Positions 26,531 to 40,995 of a DNA stretch of 64,000 bases are shown here, piece after piece. Origin of the DNA: Octopus bimaculoides. Lineage: Eukaryota. The stretch is from assembly GCF_001194135.2 (NCBI RefSeq), contig NC_068995.1:54527544-54591543 (forward strand), given 5' to 3'. Numbering within the stretch: the first letter of the stretch is position 1; each line of letters begins with the position of its first letter. Below the pieces are notes generated by a model. That model did no database searches. It was not told the origin of the DNA and saw only the letters and a program-made list of their open reading frames with translations. A program made the position numbers and the translations under genes.

Positions 26531-27559
26531 TGGAAAAATACCCAGGTTCGAAATTTCCACAAGACACATGGTGAAGGCTGGAGGGTCAACAACAAACAAG
26601 ATGAGCACAAATATCCGTCAAATGTAAATGATGTAAATAATGTAAATATTTCCTCATTTCTTAAAAATATAGAACTGCATATGTGGATTGTTGTGGACTT
26701 AAACACAAAAAAAAAAAAATCTAAAAATTAATAATGATCTGCGCCAGCAAAATCCATATGTTATTGTTCGAAAAGTATAAGTTCCTCTGCAGACGTAAAG
26801 GATATACATATGTGCAACCATGCTGCATATAACAAAGAAAGACATATCACTTCAATCAGATTATAGTTTCAGTGACGTGAATAATCATTATCTAAACATA
26901 TGATTCTAGTAAAAATACCAAAAGGTATGGGAGAGAAGTGCGAAATATTGAAATAAACCCAGGAAATTGATTTTGATTGTTAACATTACAGGGAGAACGA
27001 CGAATATAGTTGATCGTATCGTAGCCTCCGGTGATGCACAATCAATTCCTGACTGAAAATCACGAGATATTACTTAACACGCTTAAATTCTATCATTTGT
27101 TGTACCTTCATTAAGAAACACAGTATAATAGTGGTAAACATTATTTTTATCGGAGTGACTTTTGCTTAAATTTTCTAAGCATCATATTTCCTCGATTGGC
27201 TCTAGCTTCTGAAATATTCGAAGTTCCCGTATTAGTAAAGTAGCCAACCTTAACCGTGTGAACTCCGATTTGATTTCGTATTATATGCTAAAATATACAT
27301 TTTTAAAAATTTCATAGCGTAAAGCACCGAACAAATCTGCCATGCCCCCAACCACCACCACCGAAAAAAAATCAAAATTGGACACAAAATATTTGCTAAT
27401 ATCTAGTGAAATAATATTCTATAAAAATAATGTAGCATTGGCTAATTACGTATATTTAAATAGATCAATCGATCTGTAAAGAAAATTTGTTACCATGTTT
27501 CTTTTTTTTTTGTGGATAAGCAGGAAATTCATGAAGAATACTCCAATATTAATCTGCCA

Positions 27560-27700
27560 GAAGGTGGTGAGTTGGCAGAATTGTTAGTACGACAGGTAGA
27601 ATAATTAATGGCATTTCGTCTATATTTACGTTCTGAGGTCCACTGTGCCTTTCATAAAATAAATACAAGGTGAGAACTGGCGTCGATGAAATCGACTTAT
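27560..27700 (+). mobile_element. SINE copy with internal deletions
   Basis: GGTGGTGAGTTGGCAGAATTGTTAGTACG head, TTACGTTCTGAG, and GTCGATGAAATCGACTTA end of core. Confidence 0.75.
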
Positions 27701-29046
27701 TTAAACAATGTTTTCATAATTGACAGGTTTGTAGTTACGGCACTAACTCTCAATAACAAAGACATGACTAAGCCGAGACTTCAGCATTATTCACATATTA
27801 GGTAACGATCTAGAATCGTTGATGATTTCATAAATATGGGGAACCAAAAATATATTTTCTGTTTAGTCTTTCAATGCTCGTGTCAGGGACCGATCTTTAA
27901 CCGCATTTAAACCAATTATTGTCAAAATGTTTAGCAAATTACTTCAGCAATGTTGCAAGAATAACTTAAAAGATTAAAATATGTGAATAAAATGCCTGTT
28001 GCATAGGTGAACAAATATATTGATAGAATGCAATTATTCAGTAATATCATCTGTTGAACGTTTTTACCTGTGTTTGGGGCTTGTCAAAGAAATATGGCCC
28101 CCAAATAAAGTTAATTTTACCATTCAAGCGACTTGTCCATCTGATTTAGAAAACAGCCTTGCATATTATATTGGCACACCATCATCATTTTAGTAGAAGC
28201 ATAATTTAAAGAACAAGAACTGAACTGCTGCGTCCATTTTTGGATTCAGCTCCAACAAATTGTAATAAATTTATTCGGATATTGATGGCAAACAAATTGA
28301 AACAAAAATGAAGCAAAAATGCTGGTTGGTAAGTGTAATTGATAAAATGGTTAAATGGTTGAATGAGTCATTGTAATTATTTTGGAAAATATCTCTTCAG
28401 AAAAATCCTGCATGTTTAATAGCATAATGAAACGTGATAAAAAAAAAAAACCTTTAAGTAAATACTTTACAACGGCGCCATTCTTTCATTGTACATTAAT
28501 GTACATCAAGGAGAATCGTTTTATCATTTTAAGTTTGTATAGTTACATCATATTTTACCTTAAAGATTACAGCATTGAATGGTTACTGGTGCCAGTCATT
28601 ATACAGCTAAACAATGATAAAATGAAAATAAAACAAAAAGGAAATGAAATATTGCAATATTATTAATAATATTTGCTTTCGGCGATCAACTTTCTTAGGA
28701 AACATCTGATGAGAAAGGACAGCAGTAAATGATTGCTACCCCTACAGGTGCAACGATATTCATTAAAAGATTATTTGTACAGTAACTAAAAAAAGAAAAC
28801 AACGCGTATTCATACACATATGCATGTATACAAAAAAGCATGATTTATATAGACATGATGTATATACATATGAGTGGGTGCGTGTGTAGGTGTATGTGTG
28901 CGTGTGTAGGTGTATGTGTGCGTGTGTATGTATGTATAAACAGTTCATATGTGTATAGTAAATGAAGCCACACGGGATGATTGGATTAAACAAGCTAAGA
29001 AGTAAAAGACAAGAGTAGATGAATGTTAATTTGACGTAATACCAGA

Positions 29047-29058
29047 CAAAATGGCGGC
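29047..29058 (+). promoter_or_regulatory. Perfect YY1/Pho-type element (CAAAATGGCGGC) overlapping an ATG in strong context
   Basis: Exact reverse complement of the extended YY1 motif GCCGCCATTTTG. A CRE-like TGACGTAA lies at 29032-29039. The motif is seen directly; function is inferred. Confidence 0.4.
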
Positions 29059-29256
29059 AGAGTCAGTTCCTGGTATTTTACTAATGTTATTTATTTTACT
29101 TCATGTGATTTACTTCTTTAAAATGTGTATACAACCAGAACCACACACAGACAGAAAAAATTCGTCTGTGCCATGTATTAGCACACACATACACACACCA
29201 CACGCACACATACACACACTCACACACACATATATATATATATACATATACATATG

Positions 29257-29292
<36 letters not shown>
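29257..29292. repeat. (AGAT)n microsatellite
   Basis: Direct reading. Confidence 0.95.
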
Positions 29293-30515
29293 GGGAGAGA
29301 GAGATACATGTATATATGTGTAAGAGATTGTTGATTCGTGTGAGCGTAGTTGTGTATAAGTGTGTATTAGGTTCCCACTTGCGGCATTTCTACATTGATT
29401 TAATGCATTGGCTACTCGATGTCTGGTCTAACAATTCACTTGCGTCTAGAAGACTGAGGTGGAGTAATTACGGAAATGTACGACAAAATCGAGTAAATAT
29501 TGACACCGTTAAAACAATCATAAACTAAGAACAGTAGAACAGAAATCAAGTTTTTTGTTCGCGGCTATTTAGAACAGAATGTATTTCCTCTCGTCCTCTT
29601 TCAATTTTTCTCTCTCTTTCTAAATTACTCCCGTTGTTTTTCTCTCCACATTGAAATATGTCAATTAGCATTTCATTCTTTACAGCTACTATACAACTTG
29701 TTTTACAGAGCATATTGTTAGTAAATGGAACAGAAATTGCAATGAATGTCGGATATACACACGTATATACACAGAAGTACACTCAGAGTGTGCATATACA
29801 TTCACTATATATATATATATATATATNNNNNNNNNNNNNNNNNNNNNNNNNNNNNNNNNNNNNNNNNNNNNNNNNNNNNNNNNNNNNNNNNNNNNNNNNN
29901 NNNNNNNNNNNNNNNNNNNNNNNNNNNNNNNNNNNNNNNNNNNNNNNNNNNNNNNNNNNNNNNNNNNNNNNNNNNNNNNNNNNNNNNNNNNNNNNNNNNN
30001 NNNNNNNNNTATATATATAATATAATATAGGATAAAATCTTTATAAGAATTTATCAAGTAGTCAGCGTGAAAAAACCTCATAATGAAAAAAACTCATCAT
30101 TTTTTTCATAAATATATATATATATAGCGTGTCCAATCCTATATGTATCTCTATTTCACACAATGTCACACACATCTCTTATAGCTGATAATAATCGCAG
30201 TTCTCTGCCGATCACTATTTAGTATACTACTCAAGTAACTATACAATGTGTAACTCGATGACTTCATGTGAATGTATATGTGCAACAAGCAAACATTGAA
30301 AAATACACCTTATATATATATGTTTATAGAAATGTTAAAGCTATAACAAAATAATCTATATAGGCTTTAATAGAATGAACTAATGAAAACCATATTTTTC
30401 AGTTTTAAATGAATGGGGAAACACTACAAATAAATGGAAATCTTAAATATATTTTAGTACTGTGTAGTTTTTAAATGCGAACATTTTTAAATGCTCTATC
30501 AATATATATGTATAT

Positions 30516-30562
<47 letters not shown>

Positions 30563-31255
30563 TGTCTGTGTACATATGCGCATATCTATACATACGGGCG
30601 TGTAACTCTTCTAGCCAATATATATCAGTATATAGTTTAAGTTTTGGCTAAAATCCATAATTATATTTTGACGCAGAATAAAGTATTGAAACAAAGCTAG
30701 TAACTTCGGCAAACCATACTTCTGCACTTAGTAATAATGAGTTTGTAAGAATAGAGCAGAGTCTTGTAAAGAATTAGTGATAAGGCACCTGTACAGTATA
30801 GGTAAAAATATATGCTTGCGTTTTTAACAATATCTTCTATTATTCCATGAGTGGCATTCGTAATTCTTGTTGCTTGTTCAAACTGGATTACATTGGAGTC
30901 ACATATGACCATGGTGACTAAGATACGATGCACGGAAGATCTGATCTATATCATTACTTAGTTATCAAGTAATAATATAGTCAAATAAGATATTGATAAT
31001 GAAACTTGTTTGATACATGAGTACCACATCCATATATGTATATATATATATATATNNNNNNNNNNNNNNNNNNNNNNNNNNNNNNNNNNNNNNNNNNNNN
31101 NNNNNNNNNNNNNNNNNNNNNNNNNNNNNNNNNNNNNNNNNNNNNNNNNNNNNNNNNNNNNNNNNNNNNNNNNNNNNNNNNNNNNNNNNNNNNNNNNNNN
31201 NNNNNNNNNNNNNNNNNNNNNNNNNNNNNNNNNNNNNNNNNNNNNNNNNNNNNNN

Positions 31256-31302
<47 letters not shown>

Positions 31303-31383
31303 TAGTGACTATCCATGGTTCAATATTGGCCATTGAGGTCATTTCAGCCAATTTTGTTTTCGAAGGTTGTCACTTGCACATAC

Positions 31384-31485
31384 TTGTAGGTATTTGAAGT
31401 GCTACGTCAATGATTTCTTCGAAAGGAATGACAAGCGATTTGGATAGATAGAAATCGTCATCTGTGACGTTGCAGTCGTTGTCCT
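31384..31485 (-). CDS. Candidate internal coding exon (102 nt, phase 1-1), product unknown: (E)DNDCNVTDDDFYLSKSLVIPFEEIIDVALQIPT
   Basis: Acceptor TGTTTGATTTCAG, donor ACAA|GTATGT, 40% GC (41/102), length divisible by 3, protein-like composition with an NVT sequon. An alternative acceptor lies at 31499. No homology recognised. Confidence 0.4.
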
Positions 31486-32574
31486 CTGAAATCAAACATC
31501 TGGAACAAACATGGCAAAGCTTATTTCAAGGCCTTCCCCTAATACAGTGTTTTTCAATATTATATTTCTCTCTGATACTAAAACAATAAAGGGTAGAATA
31601 GCGTTGGCATAATTTGAACTCAGAATCCAAACTTTTGGGGATGAATAGTGGGAGACCCTCTATATTGTATTAACTCCAAGAATTAAGCTTCTATACCACA
31701 CACAAATACACATGCATGTGCACACAAACACAGACATACATACGGCCCCGCCCACACGCACACACACACAAACATATATAAATATATTTCCTTATATACT
31801 CCCATCTGCATACATACACATAGAGACATACTTGTATATGTCTGAATAGATAGATGCATGTGTATGCATGAATGTAGTGGGGTATGTTCTGCAAATACTT
31901 GTGAAGAAATATTATCTGAAGTACCAACGCAACTACTAGGTGATTAAATACAAAGATATATTATGCTAAGTAACTATGAACTTATTAAATATTTATCAAA
32001 TAATAGACACTATTTTTAACATAAATTTAAATACAGATGTTAAAACATACAATACAAATAATTCGTAAAGTAAATGACAACAAAGACATTTTTACAACGG
32101 ACAAAACATATACATTAGGAAAATGTAGAAATCAATAACATAATATCAAAAATATAGATAATATAAAATATTTCTCTCAATATTAATATTGAATACAAAC
32201 TGAATATCATGGACAAAGTGTGTAAAAAGTTACTATAGTGTATCAGAAAGTATAAATCTTTGTTGTTGAGAAATATGATGTACAAATATTTGACAGAATT
32301 GCTTTCTCGTTTGGAGTATACATTTGAAAGAGCCAACAAATATACTTGATATTTGTTATTATGAACAACTTTTCTCAGATAAAATGAATTATTTTCAGAA
32401 GCAACTTGATAAATATGTGGAATAGTTTTTACACTGAATTCAAATTGGTTTATGTAATGCTTCGCTCCTGTTGAAGTATGTTTGCCAAATAGAAAGAAAT
32501 TGTTAATACTTATTCATATATTTATGCATTTTCAATTTGTTCTTGGTATGAACGTGTAAATCGACGCACGATAT

Positions 32575-32620
<46 letters not shown>

Positions 32621-33572
32621 ACATATATATGTATATATATATATATATATGTGTATATATACATNNNNNNNNNNNNNNNNNNNNNNNNNNNNNNNNNNNN
32701 NNNNNNNNNNNNNNNNNNNNNNNNNNNNNNNNNNNNNNNNNNNNNNNNNNNNNNNNNNNNNNNNNNNNNNNNNNNNNNNNNNNNNNNNNNNNNNNNNNNN
32801 NNNNNNNNNNNNNNNNNNNNNNNNNNNNNNNNNNNNNNNNNNNNNNNNNNNNNNNNNNNNNNNNNNNNNNNNNNNNNNNNNNNNNNNNNNNNNNNNNNNN
32901 NNNNNNNNNNNNNNNNNNNNNNNNNNNNNNNNNNNNNNNNNNNNNNNNACATTTTTACGTTTTAATAAGACAGTTTACAATCGAAGTTTACTCAATATAT
33001 TAGGCAGAGTACATATCTGTCATTCTTTAAAAAGTGTAGTATTGACTGTGGCTTCTAAATCTCAGCCAGTGAAGCCGTCATCGGGTGGTATATGTATACC
33101 ATATGTCATACTAGTATGCATGCACGCCGGCACGCACACATATATATGTAATATATATGTAATAAATCATCAATATTTATGTTGAATCTATGAGTGTACA
33201 CAAGACAATTTAAAGTGTGTATTTAATTACAGTCTCATGCGTTATATAACTATCGAAATCATAAAATCTTCGTTTCAGAATTTCTTAAACTACATTTGGC
33301 TTTTCCGAAAACTTACAGAATCACTTATGCAGTATACATGATTTACCGTGCAATTATTATATTGCTGTTTGTACTAAATTCGTAAACCATTCAATGCCGA
33401 ATATGCAGCTTTAATCTTCCACAGGTTACCAGTTAATGCATATACACACTCATCGTGGTATCACAGTAATGCCTTGACCTTAATTCTATGCTGTTTGGTT
33501 GATTGCAAAGATGCATTTTATCTGTTTGTAAATTGTTTGAGGTATGACATTAGATTACTTACTAGAAAATAC

Positions 33573-33645
33573 ATTCTGGTATCCTTAACACAGATGTGAT
33601 TATTTCTTCGACTATAAACTCAACAAGGCCGTTATTAGGATAATG
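33573..33645 (-). CDS. Weak candidate exon HYPNNGLVEFIVEEIITSVLRIPE
   Basis: Open frame with donor GAAT|GTATTT (or GTAAGT 10 nt further on). Acceptor is poor. Of interest mainly for its similarity to 31384-31485. Confidence 0.2.
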
Positions 33646-35197
33646 CTACACTTAACGTAATGAGTTCAAATCAGCATATATCACAATGCAAATATATTTA
33701 TTCTTTCAAAATATAATTGTGATCATCAGTAACAATTATTCTCGGTTCTGAACCAGTTTTCTCATTCTTCGTGCCAAATTTTTTTTTTTTTTTTTTTTAA
33801 CGGGAACCAGTTTTGATTTTTTGGTGAGTTGTTTAGGCATCATACCTTTCATGCTGACAGTTGGTTTTCCAATGGTGTGTTTTGCCTGATTCATAAATGG
33901 ATCTATGTTTAATATTAAATACATGATATTACTCTCATGTCTTTAATAAATTTTGTCATTAACCATACTCTTCATCTCTCCTTTCATTTCATTTATTCTT
34001 TGTTTCACATTTACATTTCGTTATTATTTTAAAGCTTTAAAATAAAGACTCAACTATCACCAAAGAAATGTATTTCATTTGCTCATTACAAATGTTATAT
34101 AGATGTATCAAAGCGTATATTACATTCAGTTTCTTCATTGTGTATTTGGAACGAGATATTTTTTTAGATCGCATGAGAATATATCGGGAATTAAAACAAT
34201 ATGTCAAATTTATTTTCACAGATATGTTACTTTCTTGCAGAATCAAAAATATGTAATATTATAAGGAATACATTAGCTAAGGACACACATTCCTTTACAC
34301 GCATTCAGGAATGACATGTAGAAATATACATAATTTTCCTTTAAAGGATTCACACCTTTTCTATAACTTTTAATATTTCATCCCATTGATTTCTATAAAT
34401 TTGTCATCTATATCAATATTTCCTGTAAATGTTTGCACATTGCAAGCTATATCGACACATACACGCAAAGAGTAGAGTCTTTTCCCTAAATAGTGATGCA
34501 CACATTTCATTAATTATACAAAATGCATACACAACATTCATTGCTATTCACGACATCTCTATTCGCATAAAATTATTATCGGATTCAAATAAATAATTTC
34601 TATAAATATGACAGGTTTGTGTTTCTGTTTGTGTTACATGACTGTGCTTATATGACTGCCAAGGTATGCATGTAATTATATGTTAGTACCTATATGCACA
34701 AACGCATTTATCTATAGCAAAATATGCCTCAGATATAAAACACATATATCACATTTCCGTTATGTTCGTAAACTACGGGAATATAGCATAGATGTGAATT
34801 CATTGTACCTTATATTTAATTCCTAGAAATAACTATACAAATACTGTCAGAGTAAGATAGATGATACCAATTATATATCACTTGTGCATCATACATTTAC
34901 AATTATTAATCTCTATAATAAATATAGTTGTAGTGATATTTACGACTCAGAAAAAATTGGTAAAGATATTGTATAATCGAAAATTAATCGCATTAATTTT
35001 CTCCTGTAATTTTATAAGGATTTTATTTCTATTAATTATGTATTTGATACAATTAATTTATGTCATTGATACAACATATAGATATAGGTATATGTATATA
35101 GATATGTTTACAATCAATCATAGACATACACGCACACAAACACACACACATAACAATAGATAGAGACGGAAAATGGAGTATACGAGAAACTTCATTG

Positions 35198-35299
<102 letters not shown>

Positions 35300-35887
35300 N
35301 NNNNNNNNNNNNNNNNNNNNNNNNNNNNNNNNNNNNNNNNNNNNNNNNNNNNNNNNNNNNNNNNNNNNNNNNNNNNNNNNNNNNNNNNNNNNNNNNNNNN
35401 NNNNNNNNNNNNNNNNNNNNNNNNNNNNNNNNNNNNNNNNNNNNNNNNNNNNNNNNNNNNNNNNNNNNNNNNNNNNNNNNNNNNNNNNNNNNNNNNNNNN
35501 NNNNNNNNNNNNNNNNNNNNNNNNNNNNNNNNNNNNNNNNNNNNNNNNNNNNNNNNNNNNNNNNNNNNNNNNNNNNNNNNNNNNNNNNNNNNNNNNNNNN
35601 NNNNNNNNNNNNNNNNNNNNNNNNNNNNNNNNNNNNNNNNNNNNNNNNNNNNNNNNNNNNNNNNNNNNNNNNNNNNNNNNNNNNNNNNNNNNNNNNNNNN
35701 NNNNNNNNNNNNNNNNNNNNNNNNNNNNNNNNNNNNNNNNNNNNNNNNNNNNNNNNNNNNNNNNNNNNNNNNNNNNNNNNNNNNNNNNNNNNNNNNNNNN
35801 NNNNNNNNNNNNNNNNNNNNNNNNNNNNNNNNNNNNNNNNNNNNNNNNNNNNNNNNNNNNNNNNTGTGAGTATGTGCATGTATGTGC

Positions 35888-35925
<38 letters not shown>

Positions 35926-36784
35926 TTATGATATATATACAGATTAGATAGATATATAATAGTATAAATTGATGTCTTATACACATGTGCGCACTCATGT
36001 GCACGATCATTATATAGGCATAGACACAAGGAAAGAGATAATCTTTCGAGTAATGCATATTCACACATTCAACAAAATCCTACCCACTCTGTTCCATACA
36101 GTCTACTTTGTTTTATTAAATTAATAGGATACAAATCGTATTACATGAGAATTCTTTCTGAAAATAAAATATCAAAAAATGTTTTGGCTTCCTACAAAGC
36201 AAAGTTATAAGCTATTTAGATTGTAGGAAATGTGCCAGATAACATTTTTTGGCCAATAGAATTTTTTTATTATTGAAACTATATATATAAAAAAATAAAC
36301 CGCAAAAATCAATATGTCAACATTCTTGGCTATATTTGGTGTTTGAAGTTATATTTATTTATTTTCTTAGTTCATGTAAAAGACCTTACGTTACAGACGC
36401 CAAAACACGCCCTGCTATGCATGTTATATACTAGGTCTGATGAGTGTAGCGGCATGAATAAAACCATTTGCGGTAAAATAACCGTCTGAATTATCGACCT
36501 GACAATATATTTGTCATATATCGACACTTTATCATTTTCGATTGAAAGACTCAAATTTTCTGAAACATGGGAAATATATATTTGTAACGAACCGGTTACT
36601 ATAGTACGCAGATATTACCCAATCATACGCATAAGCACATAGCGTAATATAAATATCAAAGAACATTCACACACGCAGACACACAGACACACACGCATAT
36701 ATGTATATAGCATATATAACGGGAGATATAAGTGAATGTGATACAGGAAGTGAGTTGAATGTAGATGTGAATATATGTGCATAC

Positions 36785-36831
<47 letters not shown>

Positions 36832-38799
36832 TAGTATGGGCGATATATATATGCGTGTAGTATGTGCATAAACAAGAGTGTAATTGTGGATGTATGCAAT
36901 GTTTATTTAAACGAACGTTGCGTCAAACGTACATCACACCAAATAAAGAAATGTTGTGCCAATATATAGCAGGGTAGTAGCTTAGAATATAAACAAAGTA
37001 TCATTTTTCTTTTTTCTACGAATTTGATACACTGTATTGAACTACTCTTCTCCATCATCTAAGAAAGTGAAAATCAGTTGCACTAATCTCCAGTGGTACG
37101 AAGGTCATTTCAGTAAACACAACGATTGTTTTACATTACATACATTGCAACGCAACTTATTTAGCTTACCTAAATATCAAAATGTTATAAAGTATATACT
37201 GCGTATTAAACCAACGATGGCGGTACTGCATTGTATAAATTATATCGTTCTATAAAAGGGATATTTTTTCTCTGTTTCACTCTGTGCAGAAACGTCGATG
37301 GAATAATAGTTAAAATAATAGTCATTTAAGTACAATTCTAAATCATGTCTTTACTTTAATTCATACACAACGCAAATAAAATAAAAACAATGATTTTATA
37401 TTTTTGGAGTACTTGTTTAGTCATGAGATCCTTTGCGATTTTAACTATTACTGATGTATTAGATTATCAGAATTTGATTTCGAAAATAATCTGTTACCTT
37501 ACATTCATTTTCCCTCTACCGACACTTATTCAAATATTATCGTATAATACAGAACGACAAATTAAAATGCGAGAATCCATAACTATGGTTGCAATTATGT
37601 AGTCATATACACACTTACGTATACACACTTTTACATACATGAGATGTATTCTGAGTATCCTTATATAGTTGAAAAAATAATCTTTTGTGTTTTCCGAGTC
37701 GTCATTCTCTGAGTTCATATACAATAAAAGTTGGCAGTCCATTACAAGTTTGAACCTTTCGGGGTCAATAAAATAAACTTTCAATGTAGTACCGGAGACT
37801 GCGTTGTCCACTAAATCATATTCTAAATATTCCATAATAGTTTGCCTTAATTAGAACATACACACACGTACACACGCACGTACACACGCACGCACAAGCC
37901 CGCATACACACACACACAGACACACACACACATGCATGTGGTGTATGCGTATGTGTGAGTTTGCGTATGTGTGTACTTGCGCGTGTAAGCATGAATATAT
38001 ATTATATTATATTATAAATCTTTAAAAATTCTCAAATAAAAAAATGTTTCATGAAGGTGGGGACTATTGCACACCACTTGCAAGATATTCCGAAGTGATG
38101 GATTTGATACAAACTATATTCACTCTGAAGGCTCATCTAACATTCTGGGTAAATACATTAAAGGTGGCTGGATTTATGGGTGATGCCTCCATATTTACGC
38201 AACCATCTATATAAAATTTTAGATGCCTAAGCGTAATAAGATATTTGAAAATTTTCAAAGTAATATGAAACAATAACGCCGTTGGGTAACAATCAGGACA
38301 TTTTAATCTTTCCTCAATTCAGAGCTATGATGCTTACCAAAGAAAGCAAAATTAATATCTGACAAAGTGTATTATAAATCATTGAAAACATAAATTCACT
38401 TCTGTATTTCATAATAAGTAAGTGTGTTTCAATGTAAATTTGTGAAAGTGTATTATTATATCATTATGCTGTAGGTTCCATTTTGCGCAAGAATCATTGA
38501 AAGCACCTAGTTACGGTTTTGAATTAGCAGTATATATAAATCTGAAATTGTATACTTACACAATAAACAATTATCCATCGTTGGAGTTATCGTTACAGTT
38601 TTTAGTTGCTAGTCCTTTTTGCTATCTATTACATTATTCTGTTGAAATACTAACCACGATTCTGTCCGTCTCTAACCGACGTTCGTCGCTTATGTGCCAA
38701 AGTAAGTTATATACAGGTAAGATTTATATATTTAGAGTTCAAAGAAGATATCTGGAAATTATATTTAAGGTACTTAAATTTATATCTGATGTACTCGTG

Positions 38800-38839
<40 letters not shown>

Positions 38840-40963
38840 AATTGTATTATAGAATCCACTTCAAGACAATTTGCAGACACTTCATAAACTTTGGTCAAAG
38901 TGTGTCTTGGAAGAGATCATCCCAAAATTTCGATACTCGTTAATTACAAAATAAATGTATTGTAGAATTTGATAAAGCAACTCATTAATTCTTATCTGAA
39001 GCCATTTTATAAAACCTGATACTACTGACGTACTTCACTTAAGAATTTACAATACTAGCGATGTACAGACTCTTAATAGCTTTCACGCATTAGAAAACGA
39101 CTATAAATATATGCATATAAAATACAAAAGAAGAATATTCGATTTAAAAACTTTGAAGTTAAAGAGCATAAGATTTATAATTAATTCAGTATAATATAAA
39201 GTGTCTGGGATGCCCATCTTCACGTACAATTAGCATAATTGATGTTAGTCTTGCATAGATAAATTAAGAATACAAGAAATCAAGGTTATGTGTTGCAAAA
39301 ATAGGCCAAGACGATTTTTATATCATGAAGCGTAGATAACAGTAATTAAATGAAGTCATTTTTATGACATAATAGACATTTTTTTCACGTAGACACAGAA
39401 GGCAGTTTATTCTGTAATAAAACTGTAGACGAGATTTTAATTGTTAAATATAAGACATTCCTCATCCACTTCTTATACTATCATAATTTATATGTCAGAT
39501 GAATTTGTAAATGAAATCTAGAGAATTATGCAAAAGAAAGTTCATTGAATATTTCGAGTAACTGAGCTTTCACACAATTAAATTATTAACAATGGCTGCT
39601 CAGATGTTACAACATTACATGCTCAGTGTAAGGGTTTCAACATTGTAAGGATGGATTAAATAAAATTGATAAACATGCATCAAGAACACGGAATGATAAA
39701 AAGCTCAAAATCATTTTAAATTGAGGGAATCGTGTCCAATTAGGAAACAACAATACCTTACCGGTATTTAACAAAATAATGATATATATGTGTGCACCTG
39801 CGCTCAAGTTTTAGATACACTGCTAAATGTCTTGATGCATAATTCAGTAATAAAATATGCAACGATATGTATATAATATCTATAATATCCATGAAATTAA
39901 AACAAAAATACAAAACTTCACACACACATACTTTTATTAGCGGTCGTGTGTGCACCAGTGTGTGTGTATGTGTGTGAATTTTAGATTTAATTTAAAGAAT
40001 ATATGTATGAACTGACGTCTTTATTTACTGAATAACGCAAATTAGGGGCAAAACTAAAGATTGATGACGGGTACTATTCTACTTCTGTATTTTAATCTCT
40101 GCCTGATTGTATCTCTGTTTCGAAAAGTATCTGATTTCCCATGAAAAAAATAAATCGATGTGATTATCAACGTAAGGAAACATGTGAAATAGTGTATCCT
40201 GTTTTTGAAATCACAGGTTTACAACAAAATAAATCGATAGTTTCTGGACTTATGAGAACAAAATATCTCCGATATATATTATATAGCTGTATAGAAATTC
40301 GGTGTCCACAAGATGTTGATGCTAACTTGGAAAAGAGGACACGATAAACAACCGTATGTGGTCCGTTCTGAATTAGGCCAGATAACAATAGATGAATAGT
40401 TCTTAAACATACGCAGACAACTCGCAGCAGTCTAAAGTAATGCTCGCCACAAAGTTGTAGACAGGTTATTGAAACATGTCTTTACACAATATGATTGCAT
40501 AAAATTCAGCAGAACAACCCCGCAATGAGAAAGACGCAGTGTAATCAATACAATCAAATACGCGTAGTGTTACATAAAACAATGTGCCGGAAGGCGTACA
40601 TATACATGTTTCTGCATTCTGCTCTCGGAACGAATTCTCGAAACAGTCAGTAGAACAATGTCAACCGAAGAAATATGTGTTTGCCAGAGGCCAGAGAGTG
40701 AGCTGATGACGAGCCTAGGTTGCACGCTATACTCACCAACACAATTCGTCACAAATGCTTGTCAACTATGCCACATAAATATACTGAAACGCATGTACAT
40801 ACGCATACACGCATATATGTAAGTCAGTACATTGAATCTGTCGGAGATTATGCGCGCATGCTTATAAGCATGGCTATACACATGGATGTTGCGTATATTT
40901 TGTATACATATATATATGTTGATACATATATGTGTGTATATACATGCGTGTATATATATATAT

Positions 40964-40995
<32 letters not shown>

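Noticed and set aside
26529-26670. Sequence after (AAT)n containing TGGTGAAGGCTGGAGG, reminiscent of half a Penelope-type hammerhead
   Set aside because: The core is mutated and the GAAA half is absent. Family identity cannot be shown from this window.
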